A DNA stretch of 64,000 nt from positions 1 through 64,000 of IMG/VR virus record IMGVR_UViG_3300028591_000143; one strand, written 5' to 3'. Source of the stretch: a virus (Duplodnaviria > Caudoviricetes). The notes beneath the pieces are model-generated. The model saw only the letters and a program-made list of their open reading frames with translations. It ran no database searches and was not told the DNA's origin. Below, in pieces: positions 47,853 through 57,065 of the stretch; positions within the stretch are counted from its first letter, which is position 1, and the number at the start of each line of letters is the position of its first letter. The translations under genes were made by a program, and so were the position numbers.

Positions 47853-49942
47853 GGTTCAGTTAGGTCTTTTATTGTTTCTTCTTTTATCGAGACTATTAGA
47901 TATCCTTTGTCTCGTTTTCCTGTCTCTTCGTTTTTTATGTCGACGGTTTTGATTATAAAGTAATCTCCAAGATCCACTGCCTTCGGAGTTTTTGAATACC
48001 CAACAGAATCATATAGATGTTTTAGTTTCTTTTTTATTTCTGTCTTTGTATATTTTTCTCCAACAGTAAAGGTATCTATAATTAATGTCCCTATATCTAT
48101 TGATTGATTCCCTATTATTCCCTCATATGCTTTCTTCATGTCTGTTGCATCAAATCTTAAGGCTCTCATTCTATCTGGCCCTAAAACAACATAGTAATTA
48201 TTAAATGATTCAGGTAAATGTGGTAATAATGAGTTAGCAACACTTTCCTCTAGAGAACATAGGTACCGTAATTTATCAGGAAGGTATTTATAAGAATATA
48301 GTTTATCGAGATAAAAATTAATATCATCTACTTCTCCTATTGTTTTTGATAACGAAGAAAATACATTAAACCTATCCTTATAATCCACTTGTTGTACATC
48401 GAAAGCCCTCATTTCTGATATCATCACCAATTTATTAAAAACTGGTTGTAAATCTGATCCAGCATGTTTATTTACTGCTACAAAATTCTTTCTATAACTA
48501 CTTAATTTTGTTAACTCTAAATATGCACTTGCTAAATCATGTTTGGCACTACTATTAGAGGTATTATATGCATCGAGTAGATTATTAGTAACTCTCTCTT
48601 TATTATCTAAATAATCTTTAAACTTTTCAGTCGTAATTACTTTCGTATTGAGTTTATAAAATAATTCTGCTCTGTTTTTCCAAGGATTCTCATCTAATCT
48701 CTGTCTTCCAAGAATCTGTGGTAAGTCTAGAGTAATATCAACTGATAAACAATCCACATTAGCATCAGAAAATATAAAAGACCTGGCATTAGTAGAATAA
48801 AAGTCTGCTCCAAGGTACACTGTTCTGGTACAAAGGGTAAACATTTTGTGGGGTTCTCCTTCTTTTGGAACAGTACCTATACACCTCTTTGTCTTATTTA
48901 CTGACACATCTCCTGCTTTCTTTAGTGCAGTTTTTATTTTTCTCTCATTTTCATCATTTCCTGAACAAAGAATATTAGCTTCATCTAATTTGAGACCACA
49001 CTTTTTAATTATATCACAGAGATTTTTGACAGAATTAATATAAAACACAGCCTCTTTACTATATACTTCCTCAAAACTGCCATCTTCTTTTTGTCGTGTG
49101 AGCTTTTCAAATTTGCCCTCTCTGTAGGTATTAATGATCCTCTCTACTTCTCCAATCATACTTTTCTTTGAAGAAATTAGCTTGGTTTTTATATAAGGTT
49201 TAATAACTCTTCCTGGATTTTCACTAGTCCAATCAAGCTCATAGTAGGGAAGGTCTTTGTATTCATCAAGTTGTTCCAGATATGTGTCGATCATTGGTGT
49301 AGCAGAAAGATAAATTACATTATCTAATCCTTTTAGATTATACATGAATTCATTTTCAGTATCGGGCTTGAAGCGTGAATCACAGAAAATACTCTGAAAC
49401 TCATCAACTATAATTTTATATTTTTTTATTGAATCTCCAAGCGTCTCTTTTATCCTCCGAAAAGAATCATAGGTGACCATAAACTTCGGAGACCTATGGT
49501 ATTTGATATAACAAAGTGAGACATGATCTTCTATCTTTTTCTTAAGTTGCTTGGTGTATTCCTCTGCCCTTTTCTTTGTTTTTTCTTCTTTTTCCTTCTC
49601 TGTGTCTCCATCTAATAAACCTTTCTTGGACTTTGAATCCTTTGAAATGTCCTTATCATAATTCTCAAAAGAGTTATATTCATTCCTTAGGTATAGTAGA
49701 TTTTCTTGATCTTTATGTTGTTCCTCTTTATTTTCAAGAAGGACTAATCTAGGACTACAAAGAATGACTGGATAACTGTTTGTGAGCCAATACTCAGTAT
49801 ATCCACATCCGGTAATAGTTTTGTTCATTATGTAGGATTGATTCTCCGGAACTAGGTCCCTCAATCTTTTACCCTCTTCAAGGTTGTCCCAATCATTGAT
49901 ATACCTAATATCTCTGGGAACTTTAATTACGTATTTCTCCAT
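47849..49942 (-). CDS. SF2 (DEAD/DEAH-like) helicase paralogue B
   Basis: KTITGCGYT, ILCSPR, VTYDS, VDEFQSIF, YLSATP, HKMFTLCTRT.YLGADFYST, DLPQILGRQRL and KTPKAVDLGDYF, all shared with paralogue A. Confidence 0.8.
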   Translation of the reverse strand: MEKYVIKVPRDIRYINDWDNLEEGKRLRDLVPENQSYIMNKTITGCGYTEYWLTNSYPVILCSPRLVLLENKEEQHKDQENLLYLRNEYNSFENYDKDISKDSKSKKGLLDGDTEKEKEEKTKKRAEEYTKQLKKKIEDHVSLCYIKYHRSPKFMVTYDSFRRIKETLGDSIKKYKIIVDEFQSIFCDSRFKPDTENEFMYNLKGLDNVIYLSATPMIDTYLEQLDEYKDLPYYELDWTSENPGRVIKPYIKTKLISSKKSMIGEVERIINTYREGKFEKLTRQKEDGSFEEVYSKEAVFYINSVKNLCDIIKKCGLKLDEANILCSGNDENERKIKTALKKAGDVSVNKTKRCIGTVPKEGEPHKMFTLCTRTVYLGADFYSTNARSFIFSDANVDCLSVDITLDLPQILGRQRLDENPWKNRAELFYKLNTKVITTEKFKDYLDNKERVTNNLLDAYNTSNSSAKHDLASAYLELTKLSSYRKNFVAVNKHAGSDLQPVFNKLVMISEMRAFDVQQVDYKDRFNVFSSLSKTIGEVDDINFYLDKLYSYKYLPDKLRYLCSLEESVANSLLPHLPESFNNYYVVLGPDRMRALRFDATDMKKAYEGIIGNQSIDIGTLIIDTFTVGEKYTKTEIKKKLKHLYDSVGYSKTPKAVDLGDYFIIKTVDIKNEETGKRDKGYLIVSIKEETIKDLTEP

Positions 49943-50670
49943 ATATGTAATAGTTTTTAATTATTTTAATTTCTGTTTAATACAGATTCCAGTTTTAATA
50001 AAGGAGCTTCTTATATAGAAACTTCCTTAAATATTTTTATTACATATATAAGGGTTTGAGAAAAAATGAGGGTAAAAAAGTGGTCGAAGAGGTTTTGTTA
50101 GAAGAGAAAATAACTAAAAACCCCTTAAAATACCCCTAAAAGTGCTATTTTAAGTGGTCGCTGCGACAAAAGGGTGTGAAACAAAGGAGCTATCCTAATA
50201 TAATACCTATCTATTAAAAATGTCGCAATATTATGTAAGAGTACTTTATTTTAAGTGGTCATAAAAAATTGAGGGTACACTTTTTCGAGCTAACAGAGGA
50301 GCATCCGGTAATATAATGGAACAAAAAGTGTATTTAGTGCAGTTATAAAAAAGTAATATTGTTTCCCTCGTTATAATCCCCTTTGGGGCTTACAACTTCG
50401 AAAATTCCCCAATAATTTTGTAGAAGAGGCGTAGCCTATTCCTACAATGATAACCCTGTAGCAACTCAAGTGGGTCCCACTGAAACCGACGTAGGAGGTT
50501 TTATGGGCTTGAGTTGTGGAAGGGTGTCAGGAGGGAAGCTCCTGTGTTAGCGAGAATTAGGTCCGTAGTTGTAATCGAATACCACGCCTTAAAGCGCTAC
50601 GGACGATATGAAAAAACATATAATTAAAGTTCCCGACCGATATCACATCGACCGAGAGTGTGATTAGGTC
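49943..50670. other. Structured non-coding region upstream of helicase B (origin-like or ncRNA)
   Basis: Direct repeats TATTTTAAGTGGTC (50146, 50247), two inverted-box pairs and nested hairpins over 50418-50604. Confidence 0.65.
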
Positions 50671-50671
50671 A

Positions 50672-51418
50672 TTAGAGGTTATCCCAACTTCTTTTGAAAT
50701 GCTCAAATGCCAAACTAAGTTGGACATCAGATCTATCGGTTCCATCTGCATCTACTCCGTTTTCCAGGTTTTAATAATAAATTTTGTTTATTACTTAGAC
50801 TATATCTTTTTCTTCTGTACATAGTCGTTGAGCCCATAAAAGGGTTGCTGATTAAGTTTTTCCTTTTCCAGCAGTTCTCAGATTTCTTAATATTTTTTTT
50901 ATATTAAGGACAAATTATTTATCGAGCGGAGCGTCCATAATCACGCAGTTATAGAAGTGGATAGTACGGACATCTAGACGAGAGGAGTTAGTGAGATAGA
51001 GTTCGCAATCCGTAACCAAGTCATCTTTACGGAAGCTATATTTAGTATCTCTATCAGCAATTTTTTGTTTCCAGTCATCCACGAAATAGGAGATAGCCTG
51101 ATCTTCTCTATCCACGAAGCTGAGGGTGAGCTGACCGGAAGTATTCTGACCTGTTTGTTGTCTAATCACGAAATTTCCTCTCATTCTTTTTTCGAAGCCA
51201 GACACAGAACTATCTATACCGACCTGAACGCTATTAAGTCTTGCGTTTATAATAGTGTCGCCGGGGTAATAAACAATTCTAGGGCCGTTATTCAGGAACT
51301 TAAATTCCCACATATCACCCCTTAGAAACTCTTTATTATCGTCTCTATAGGTGGATGTGTAGTCAATAAAGTGCATACGTCCATTACTTTGACGGACTAA
51401 TTCTGTTACTGTTGCCAT
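50672..51418 (-). CDS. Tail tube protein, split gene: exon 1 51418-50921 (166 codons) + exon 2 50764-50672; 196 aa spliced
   Basis: gp19-like motifs (LTLSFVD...FVDDW...RTIHFYNC). Joining gives ...MDAPLD|ENGVDADGTDRSDVQLSLAFEHFKRSWDNL*, restoring the terminal beta strand of the tube fold. Confidence 0.85.
50765..50920 (-). ncRNA. Miniature group I intron (156 nt), no internal ORF
   Basis: Exon ends in U, with U.G pair in P1 (GAU|AAA-uaa-UUUGUC). Conserved blocks: P GAACUGCUGGAAA, Q AAUCAGCAA, R CUCAACGACUA, S AAGAUAUAGUCU. P2 and P9 hairpins, terminal G, and in-frame exon joining. Confidence 0.9.
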
Positions 51419-53889
51419 TATTCACTGTAATTAATTGTTATATCGAGACCTATGTTATTGTTTATTAGGTCTTTTACTCCTGTTTCTATTCTCATCGCCA
51501 GTTTATTTTGGGTATATGAGATAGAGAAATCGGTTATATTTATGTAATCTATTATAGAGAAGCTTTGTTGGAGATTGTTTAGTATAGTTTCTAGGATTTT
51601 TCTAACCTCGATATCACTTCTTTTAGCCAAGTAGTTCCATTTTTGTTTTTTCAATTCTCTAGTTATTTTACTTATAGCGAATCTCATCCAGGCAGTACTA
51701 TTATAAACCTCCCCGTTGCAATAGTCTTTGTAATAATAGATTTGGTTATTTGTGGTTAAGTAGTTGCTTTTATAGTGTTTTAGTGTTTTTTCGATTTCTT
51801 CTCCGTCTTCTGTATATGGATTAATAAGAAAATCCAGGTAATTTATATATTGGACAGAGACGGAGTATATATCAAAGAATAGACCTGTGAGATAAATATA
51901 ATAAGCTGGTCTAGGTCTTCTATAAACTGTCATATCCTGGAAGAAATATATGAGTCTATTATCAAGGTCGCCGAGGTAGTTATAAATAAAATCGCCCTTA
52001 TTTTCTGCTACCTCTATAGTTTCGATATCAGTTTCTTGAATCAAACTATCATCTCCTTTTTTATAATATTCATCATTACGTTTCCAGAGTATATATGGTT
52101 CTAGATCTTTATTCCATTTAGGTAAATTTTCTACTTCATTGATTATAAAAGTGCTTGGATTATTTTGGATAAGTACTTGAAAATCCCAACCCTTAGCATA
52201 GTCAAGGAATTTTTGTTGATATTCTAGGTCTGATAATTTGTTTGTGTAGAGTTTTTTATCTGGGACCAAGAAATAATCTGGACTTATATTATCTTCCGAG
52301 AACATCACACTCATAGCTTTCCAATACATTTTAGGGTTATAGTTTTCAGTCTTAGCTCCCTGTAATATCCAATCTCCTTCACGTAATCCAGAATTTATAT
52401 TATTAAATCTTAAGTGAACCAGTTTAGATTCCTTAGATACCCTATAGTCCAATCTTTCTTCTCCTGGTTCTGGATGAAGTTTACCCTCAAATATCTCAGA
52501 GTAGTTAAACCTAGAAATTGTGATTTGGTATACTTCTCCTGGGGTTACTGTAAAAACACTAAATTTTATATTATCCGTATTATAATCCTGGTCGCTCTTT
52601 CCTATAGTTTTGCTCCATACTTCAAATCCCCAATCATTTTCAGGGAGTTGAGAGCATAGAAGGTTTTGTGTTTCTCTATAATCAGCGGCCATATTAAAAC
52701 CGGGAAAATCAAAGTAATAATCGATAGGGATAGGAATTTGGGAATATATTTTATCATCCTCAATATAATATCCTAATCCTTCTATAAATCCAAGAAGATC
52801 TCCCCATCTTGTTATATTTTCTCTTCGATTATTTCCTGAATCATCTCTTTCTTCTGGAATAAACCTTTTAGAAACCCTATTATCAACTCTTTCGGATTCT
52901 TTAAGCCATCTAGATCCGTGGAAATTGTAATATTCATTATTATATAAATATTTTTTATTTGTATCTAATTCTGGTACAAGTTCATCTACCTCTCCACCAT
53001 CCTCAAGATCATCCCAGTCTGCATCATTATAAGCCAGATAGTAATTATTTTTTGTAATAGGATCTGGAATAACGAGATAGTAATAGTCGGGGAGTGTATC
53101 TTGTTCAGCATTGTTATAAGAGATAGATGCACAATAGGTAGAGTTCAGGTTTTCTAGTTTTATAGGTTCATCCGGGTTTATAGTAGGAATATTAGAATAA
53201 TTCTTACTAAAAACGCCGAGTCTTTGTTCATGATATTCAGGATTACATTCGATTATATTTCCTGTGTATTCTGGTTTTGGTATAAGTAATGTATCTCTAT
53301 TTTCCTGAGATATTGTAGTTTCTTCTGTATTTTGTGGAAGATCTTTTTCAGAAACCCAAGAATCAAAAATCCATATATACCAACAACCAATACTATCATT
53401 AGAAGTTATCCATTGTCCTCCTATATTCACAACCCAACAATTCTCCGGTACAACAAAGTACTTAGTATCTGGGTCGGGATTTTCAGGATAAGTCTCTACC
53501 TCTCCACCGTCCATAAGAGAGTCCCAATCTACCCTAAGACCTCCGACCCAATATTTAGTACTAGGATCACCGGAGGAGGGTAAAGATTCGGGGGTTGGAT
53601 AAGTTTCATTAGCGGGAGTATATTCTGAAAGATTTATATATTGATCATCCTTTATTTTTTCCTCAGATACAGGTTTATAGAGATAAAGGGATATATTTCT
53701 TTCTAGGAGTTCTGAGAAATAATCATAGTCTGTGAAGTTTTTTCCGAACCATATATCAAGTTCATCTTTATTTCGAATTATCACAGGTTTTTCATAACTT
53801 AACCCAGAATCAGTAACTTCAGATAGAATAATATAGTCGTTAGTATTCTGTAAATATTGTATACGTATTGAATTAAGTTTTATGTACAT
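51418..53889 (-). CDS. Second tail sheath-like protein (823 aa)
   Basis: N-terminal PVIIRNKDELDIWFG...LYLY and C-terminal MRFAISKITREL...NKLAMRIE...LDITINY follow the sheath pattern; directly upstream of the tube. Confidence 0.65.
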   Translation of the reverse strand: MYIKLNSIRIQYLQNTNDYIILSEVTDSGLSYEKPVIIRNKDELDIWFGKNFTDYDYFSELLERNISLYLYKPVSEEKIKDDQYINLSEYTPANETYPTPESLPSSGDPSTKYWVGGLRVDWDSLMDGGEVETYPENPDPDTKYFVVPENCWVVNIGGQWITSNDSIGCWYIWIFDSWVSEKDLPQNTEETTISQENRDTLLIPKPEYTGNIIECNPEYHEQRLGVFSKNYSNIPTINPDEPIKLENLNSTYCASISYNNAEQDTLPDYYYLVIPDPITKNNYYLAYNDADWDDLEDGGEVDELVPELDTNKKYLYNNEYYNFHGSRWLKESERVDNRVSKRFIPEERDDSGNNRRENITRWGDLLGFIEGLGYYIEDDKIYSQIPIPIDYYFDFPGFNMAADYRETQNLLCSQLPENDWGFEVWSKTIGKSDQDYNTDNIKFSVFTVTPGEVYQITISRFNYSEIFEGKLHPEPGEERLDYRVSKESKLVHLRFNNINSGLREGDWILQGAKTENYNPKMYWKAMSVMFSEDNISPDYFLVPDKKLYTNKLSDLEYQQKFLDYAKGWDFQVLIQNNPSTFIINEVENLPKWNKDLEPYILWKRNDEYYKKGDDSLIQETDIETIEVAENKGDFIYNYLGDLDNRLIYFFQDMTVYRRPRPAYYIYLTGLFFDIYSVSVQYINYLDFLINPYTEDGEEIEKTLKHYKSNYLTTNNQIYYYKDYCNGEVYNSTAWMRFAISKITRELKKQKWNYLAKRSDIEVRKILETILNNLQQSFSIIDYINITDFSISYTQNKLAMRIETGVKDLINNNIGLDITINYSE

Positions 53890-53891
53890 GT

Positions 53892-56624
53892 TTAATGCGG
53901 GGTTAAGTATGGTATTATTCTATTATCCTCCCCAATAAAGTTTAGTTGTTGTGCTTTATCCGGAGTAATGATTTCTTTCTTTCGTCTTTTTTGCATTTCA
54001 TTCCAGATTTCCCAATTTTGATATTCATTTCCTAAGGATGAATCGAAATCAGGTCTGTCATCAGGATTAGGAAACCATTCTTCAGGTTCTATTATACTTT
54101 TTAGTCCTCCATCCCCAAATACAGGTCGAATTGTTAGTGGAAGTTTATCTTCACTTCTAAATGGTTTTTCTTCTAATTCTCCGACAATAGAAAAACTAAC
54201 ATTAAGATCTGAACCGCCACTATCTACTTCTCCTGTATAATCCTCAGAAAAATCCTTAAGAACACATAGAAGATAGAAAGCACGAGCGGTAAAGAATTGT
54301 GGGGTCATTATATAAACACTGATGAGGAATGTTATGTTTTTATAAAAGGCAGCACATACAGTTTCTTTATCTACGGCTGTCGGAATTGGATTTATTTCGA
54401 AATAATAGTCTCCAGTGTGTGCCTCTGAATTATATACAGCAACATCAGCACATTTTTGGAAGTAATGTTTCCAAGATTTCCACTGATCATCTACTATAGT
54501 CATTCTGAACTCGTTTGTATATTCAGAAGTAACCGGATAATTAATTTCTCCGTCGAATAATCCTAAACTTTTCGTAGTTAATTTTGATTTCTGTAATTCA
54601 AAACCCGATAAAGGAATCCACTTATTATATTCTGTTTTAGCTCCATGTTCTACTAAGTTTATAGTATTTATTTCCCTTGGGCTTGGAAGGAATGAATATC
54701 CACCATTTATGGCTTCATATACAATACTTCCATCATTTACCCAAGGCTCCATAAGTACTTCCCAATACATATTTGAATCTAATGTCCTTGAAATTCCCTT
54801 ATTTACTTTTCCGGCGGTTGTTATATAGGGGCTTTTTTCTAAGATATCTAATAACTTATCTGCTGAATCCACATCAATGACTTTAGTATCACATAAGTCT
54901 TGAAGGGTTAGGTTTAGTCCGGTAGGTTTTTGTGAGTAATATCCCCCAAAATACTTTAGAAAATCAGAGTGGTTTTCATAAGAATTAAATACTTTATTAA
55001 CTTCATCCCCATATTTCAATCCCCTATCATTTTCGCTTTTTTCTGGTCTTCTTAAGGGACTTGGACTATTTTCTCCACTAAATATATTTTCTAGTCCTTT
55101 TTTTACTACACCACGGATCATATTACTTGCTAGATTTCCTATACCGCTTTTTTGATCCCAGCCTGTATATCCTAGATTACCCAAAGCTCCTGATAATCCT
55201 TCTGTTATAGCCTTATGTACTATACTTCCACTATCTCCGGGAAGTCTATCTTTATTTAATTTTAAAGCCCTTTCGGTTTGTTCTCTAGCTTCTATTAATA
55301 ATCCTAAAGTCTCGTTTATTAATGTGGCTCTCAAAGAACCTTTAACCCATGGACCTAATGTATCTTCTGCTATTTTTCTTAGAAGTCCACTAGCCCCATT
55401 TTGTAGAACTGTTCCAAGACCTGACCAATAAAAAGGAACTCTAGTATAATTATTTTCTAGATTTTCTATAGGAGGTTTATCTGATTCTGTCATTTCCATT
55501 ATTCCTTCTGGTAAATTTTCAATATCACCATCCTCCTTAATCAGTTCTTGTCTTTCTTCTGATAGTTCTTGATCTTCTCCTGTCTGTTGAAGAGGAACTA
55601 TAAAAGAATTTAATAATCTTTCTTCATATTCATCTGCTCTTTCGGGACTTATTCTAGATCCGGATAAATAAGCAGACATAAGAGAGGCTATCCTTTCTGA
55701 CCATTCATTCCCCTCATTTTCTCTAAGTAAACGAATGGCTAATTCATACAATCCCTCTTCATCCAGCCTATTATTAGCGTCCTGTATAATAGCCCGTAAT
55801 TCTTCGCTCCTAGATTGTCTTAGGTCTTCAAGCTCCTCCGGATTTATAGTTTCCTTATGATCTTCTAAGTTCTCTGGATCTTCTGAGGGGGTATGATTAA
55901 TTATAGTATGATCAAGTTCTTCTATATCATCTCCAATCCTTAATTCCTCACGCTGATCCTCTAAGTTTTCTGGAGCGTTATTTTGATTCGGGCTGGAACT
56001 AAGGACGACATTACTTAGGCTGGGGATATTCTTTTCATCTCCAACAATAGTATAAATATCATCCACTAGTTCAGGATCACGTGTTTCTGTTGTGAGGGAT
56101 TCAATATAGTCTGATAAATTCCCACTTTTTAATTCTCCCCCTAATTTCTCTGTTTCTGTTTCTAGCTTTGGATCATCAGGGGTTTTCTTTAACCTGATGG
56201 GATTTTTTTCTAATTCTACCTCTTTTTCTTCCCCGCCTAATTTTTCAAACTTATTTTCCAGACGTGTATCCCGAAGATCCTCTAGTTTTCTCGTCTGTGT
56301 TTCTAGTTTGGGATCTTTGGCGGGGTTGAGGTTTACTTTTTTATCCACAAGCTCAACCCTCTTATCACCATCCAACTCTATTCTCGTATCTTCAAGTTTA
56401 GGGTTGTCATTGGTAGAGAGTTTTAGTTGTTCTTCAGGGAGCTCATTTATCTTAGGAACTTGTGGGGTATCTTTTCCAGGGACTTCTAAACTATTCTTAT
56501 CTAATTCTATGTAAGGATCTTTTTTTATTTCCTTTAGATATTTAGATAGAGCAGCAATTTCTTCAGGTCGTGTAAGTTGATTATACCCTGGAATTTTATT
56601 ACTTTTTCTAATATCCGTATCCAT
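53892..56624 (-). CDS. Protein with acidic repetitive N-terminal half and tail-tube-like C-terminal domain
   Basis: Degenerate DPKLE.../LED.R..L repeats; C-terminal INYPVTSEYTNEFRMTIVDD..KSWKHYF...DLNVSFSIVGE resembles gp19/gp54-type folds. Confidence 0.5.
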   Translation of the reverse strand: MDTDIRKSNKIPGYNQLTRPEEIAALSKYLKEIKKDPYIELDKNSLEVPGKDTPQVPKINELPEEQLKLSTNDNPKLEDTRIELDGDKRVELVDKKVNLNPAKDPKLETQTRKLEDLRDTRLENKFEKLGGEEKEVELEKNPIRLKKTPDDPKLETETEKLGGELKSGNLSDYIESLTTETRDPELVDDIYTIVGDEKNIPSLSNVVLSSSPNQNNAPENLEDQREELRIGDDIEELDHTIINHTPSEDPENLEDHKETINPEELEDLRQSRSEELRAIIQDANNRLDEEGLYELAIRLLRENEGNEWSERIASLMSAYLSGSRISPERADEYEERLLNSFIVPLQQTGEDQELSEERQELIKEDGDIENLPEGIMEMTESDKPPIENLENNYTRVPFYWSGLGTVLQNGASGLLRKIAEDTLGPWVKGSLRATLINETLGLLIEAREQTERALKLNKDRLPGDSGSIVHKAITEGLSGALGNLGYTGWDQKSGIGNLASNMIRGVVKKGLENIFSGENSPSPLRRPEKSENDRGLKYGDEVNKVFNSYENHSDFLKYFGGYYSQKPTGLNLTLQDLCDTKVIDVDSADKLLDILEKSPYITTAGKVNKGISRTLDSNMYWEVLMEPWVNDGSIVYEAINGGYSFLPSPREINTINLVEHGAKTEYNKWIPLSGFELQKSKLTTKSLGLFDGEINYPVTSEYTNEFRMTIVDDQWKSWKHYFQKCADVAVYNSEAHTGDYYFEINPIPTAVDKETVCAAFYKNITFLISVYIMTPQFFTARAFYLLCVLKDFSEDYTGEVDSGGSDLNVSFSIVGELEEKPFRSEDKLPLTIRPVFGDGGLKSIIEPEEWFPNPDDRPDFDSSLGNEYQNWEIWNEMQKRRKKEIITPDKAQQLNFIGEDNRIIPYLTPH

Positions 56625-56627
56625 TGC

Positions 56628-57065
56628 TTACTCTTCGATGGTTTCAATAATACTAGAGAGAGTGTATGCAAATAAGGTTTCAGCAGCCTCAGAATAAGCT
56701 TGTTTCATAGAGATTTTAAACCTGTATGTTCTCTTATCCCTCGTATACTGTAATTCATCTCCCACCTGTAATGAATCATCCGGAGTATAAGATTCTATAG
56801 TATCCCGGTTTCTATTCCATACATCTCTCATCTCATTCATATTTATTATAAGCGTTGTTGTAAATTGCTCATAATCATTTTCAAGAGTCGTATCAGAGGA
56901 ATATGAGCCTCCAAATACATTCCTCCACTTATCATTCTTAGGACGAAGAACAACAAACTCAGTACCCATAAGTTTCATTTGTACTTTTATATTCTTCATT
57001 CCTATCGAGTAGAATTTATTGGCCTTTTCTAAGTTTTTGGAGGCCATACTTTCTGCATTACTCAT
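56628..57065 (-). CDS. Putative head-closure/neck protein
   Basis: 145 aa; LQVGDELQY...YRFKI beta-barrel pattern typical of stopper proteins; position in head-tail region. Confidence 0.4.
   Translation of the reverse strand: MSNAESMASKNLEKANKFYSIGMKNIKVQMKLMGTEFVVLRPKNDKWRNVFGGSYSSDTTLENDYEQFTTTLIINMNEMRDVWNRNRDTIESYTPDDSLQVGDELQYTRDKRTYRFKISMKQAYSEAAETLFAYTLSSIIETIEE

Noticed and set aside
33690-50670. tRNA genes or a second group I intron in the two structured non-coding regions
   Set aside because: No cloverleaf with T-loop/D-loop consensus and no P7 (GACUA/UAGUC) pairing was found by eye.
50557-50751. 64-aa minus-strand ORF (MQMEPIDL...)
   Set aside because: It is an off-frame reading of tail tube exon 2 plus the downstream hairpin region.
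47849-50920. Helicase B as a dedicated splicing chaperone for the adjacent mini-intron
   Set aside because: Adjacency is the only support; paralogue A has the same architecture with no intron nearby, and the upstream DNA looks like a binding/origin site.
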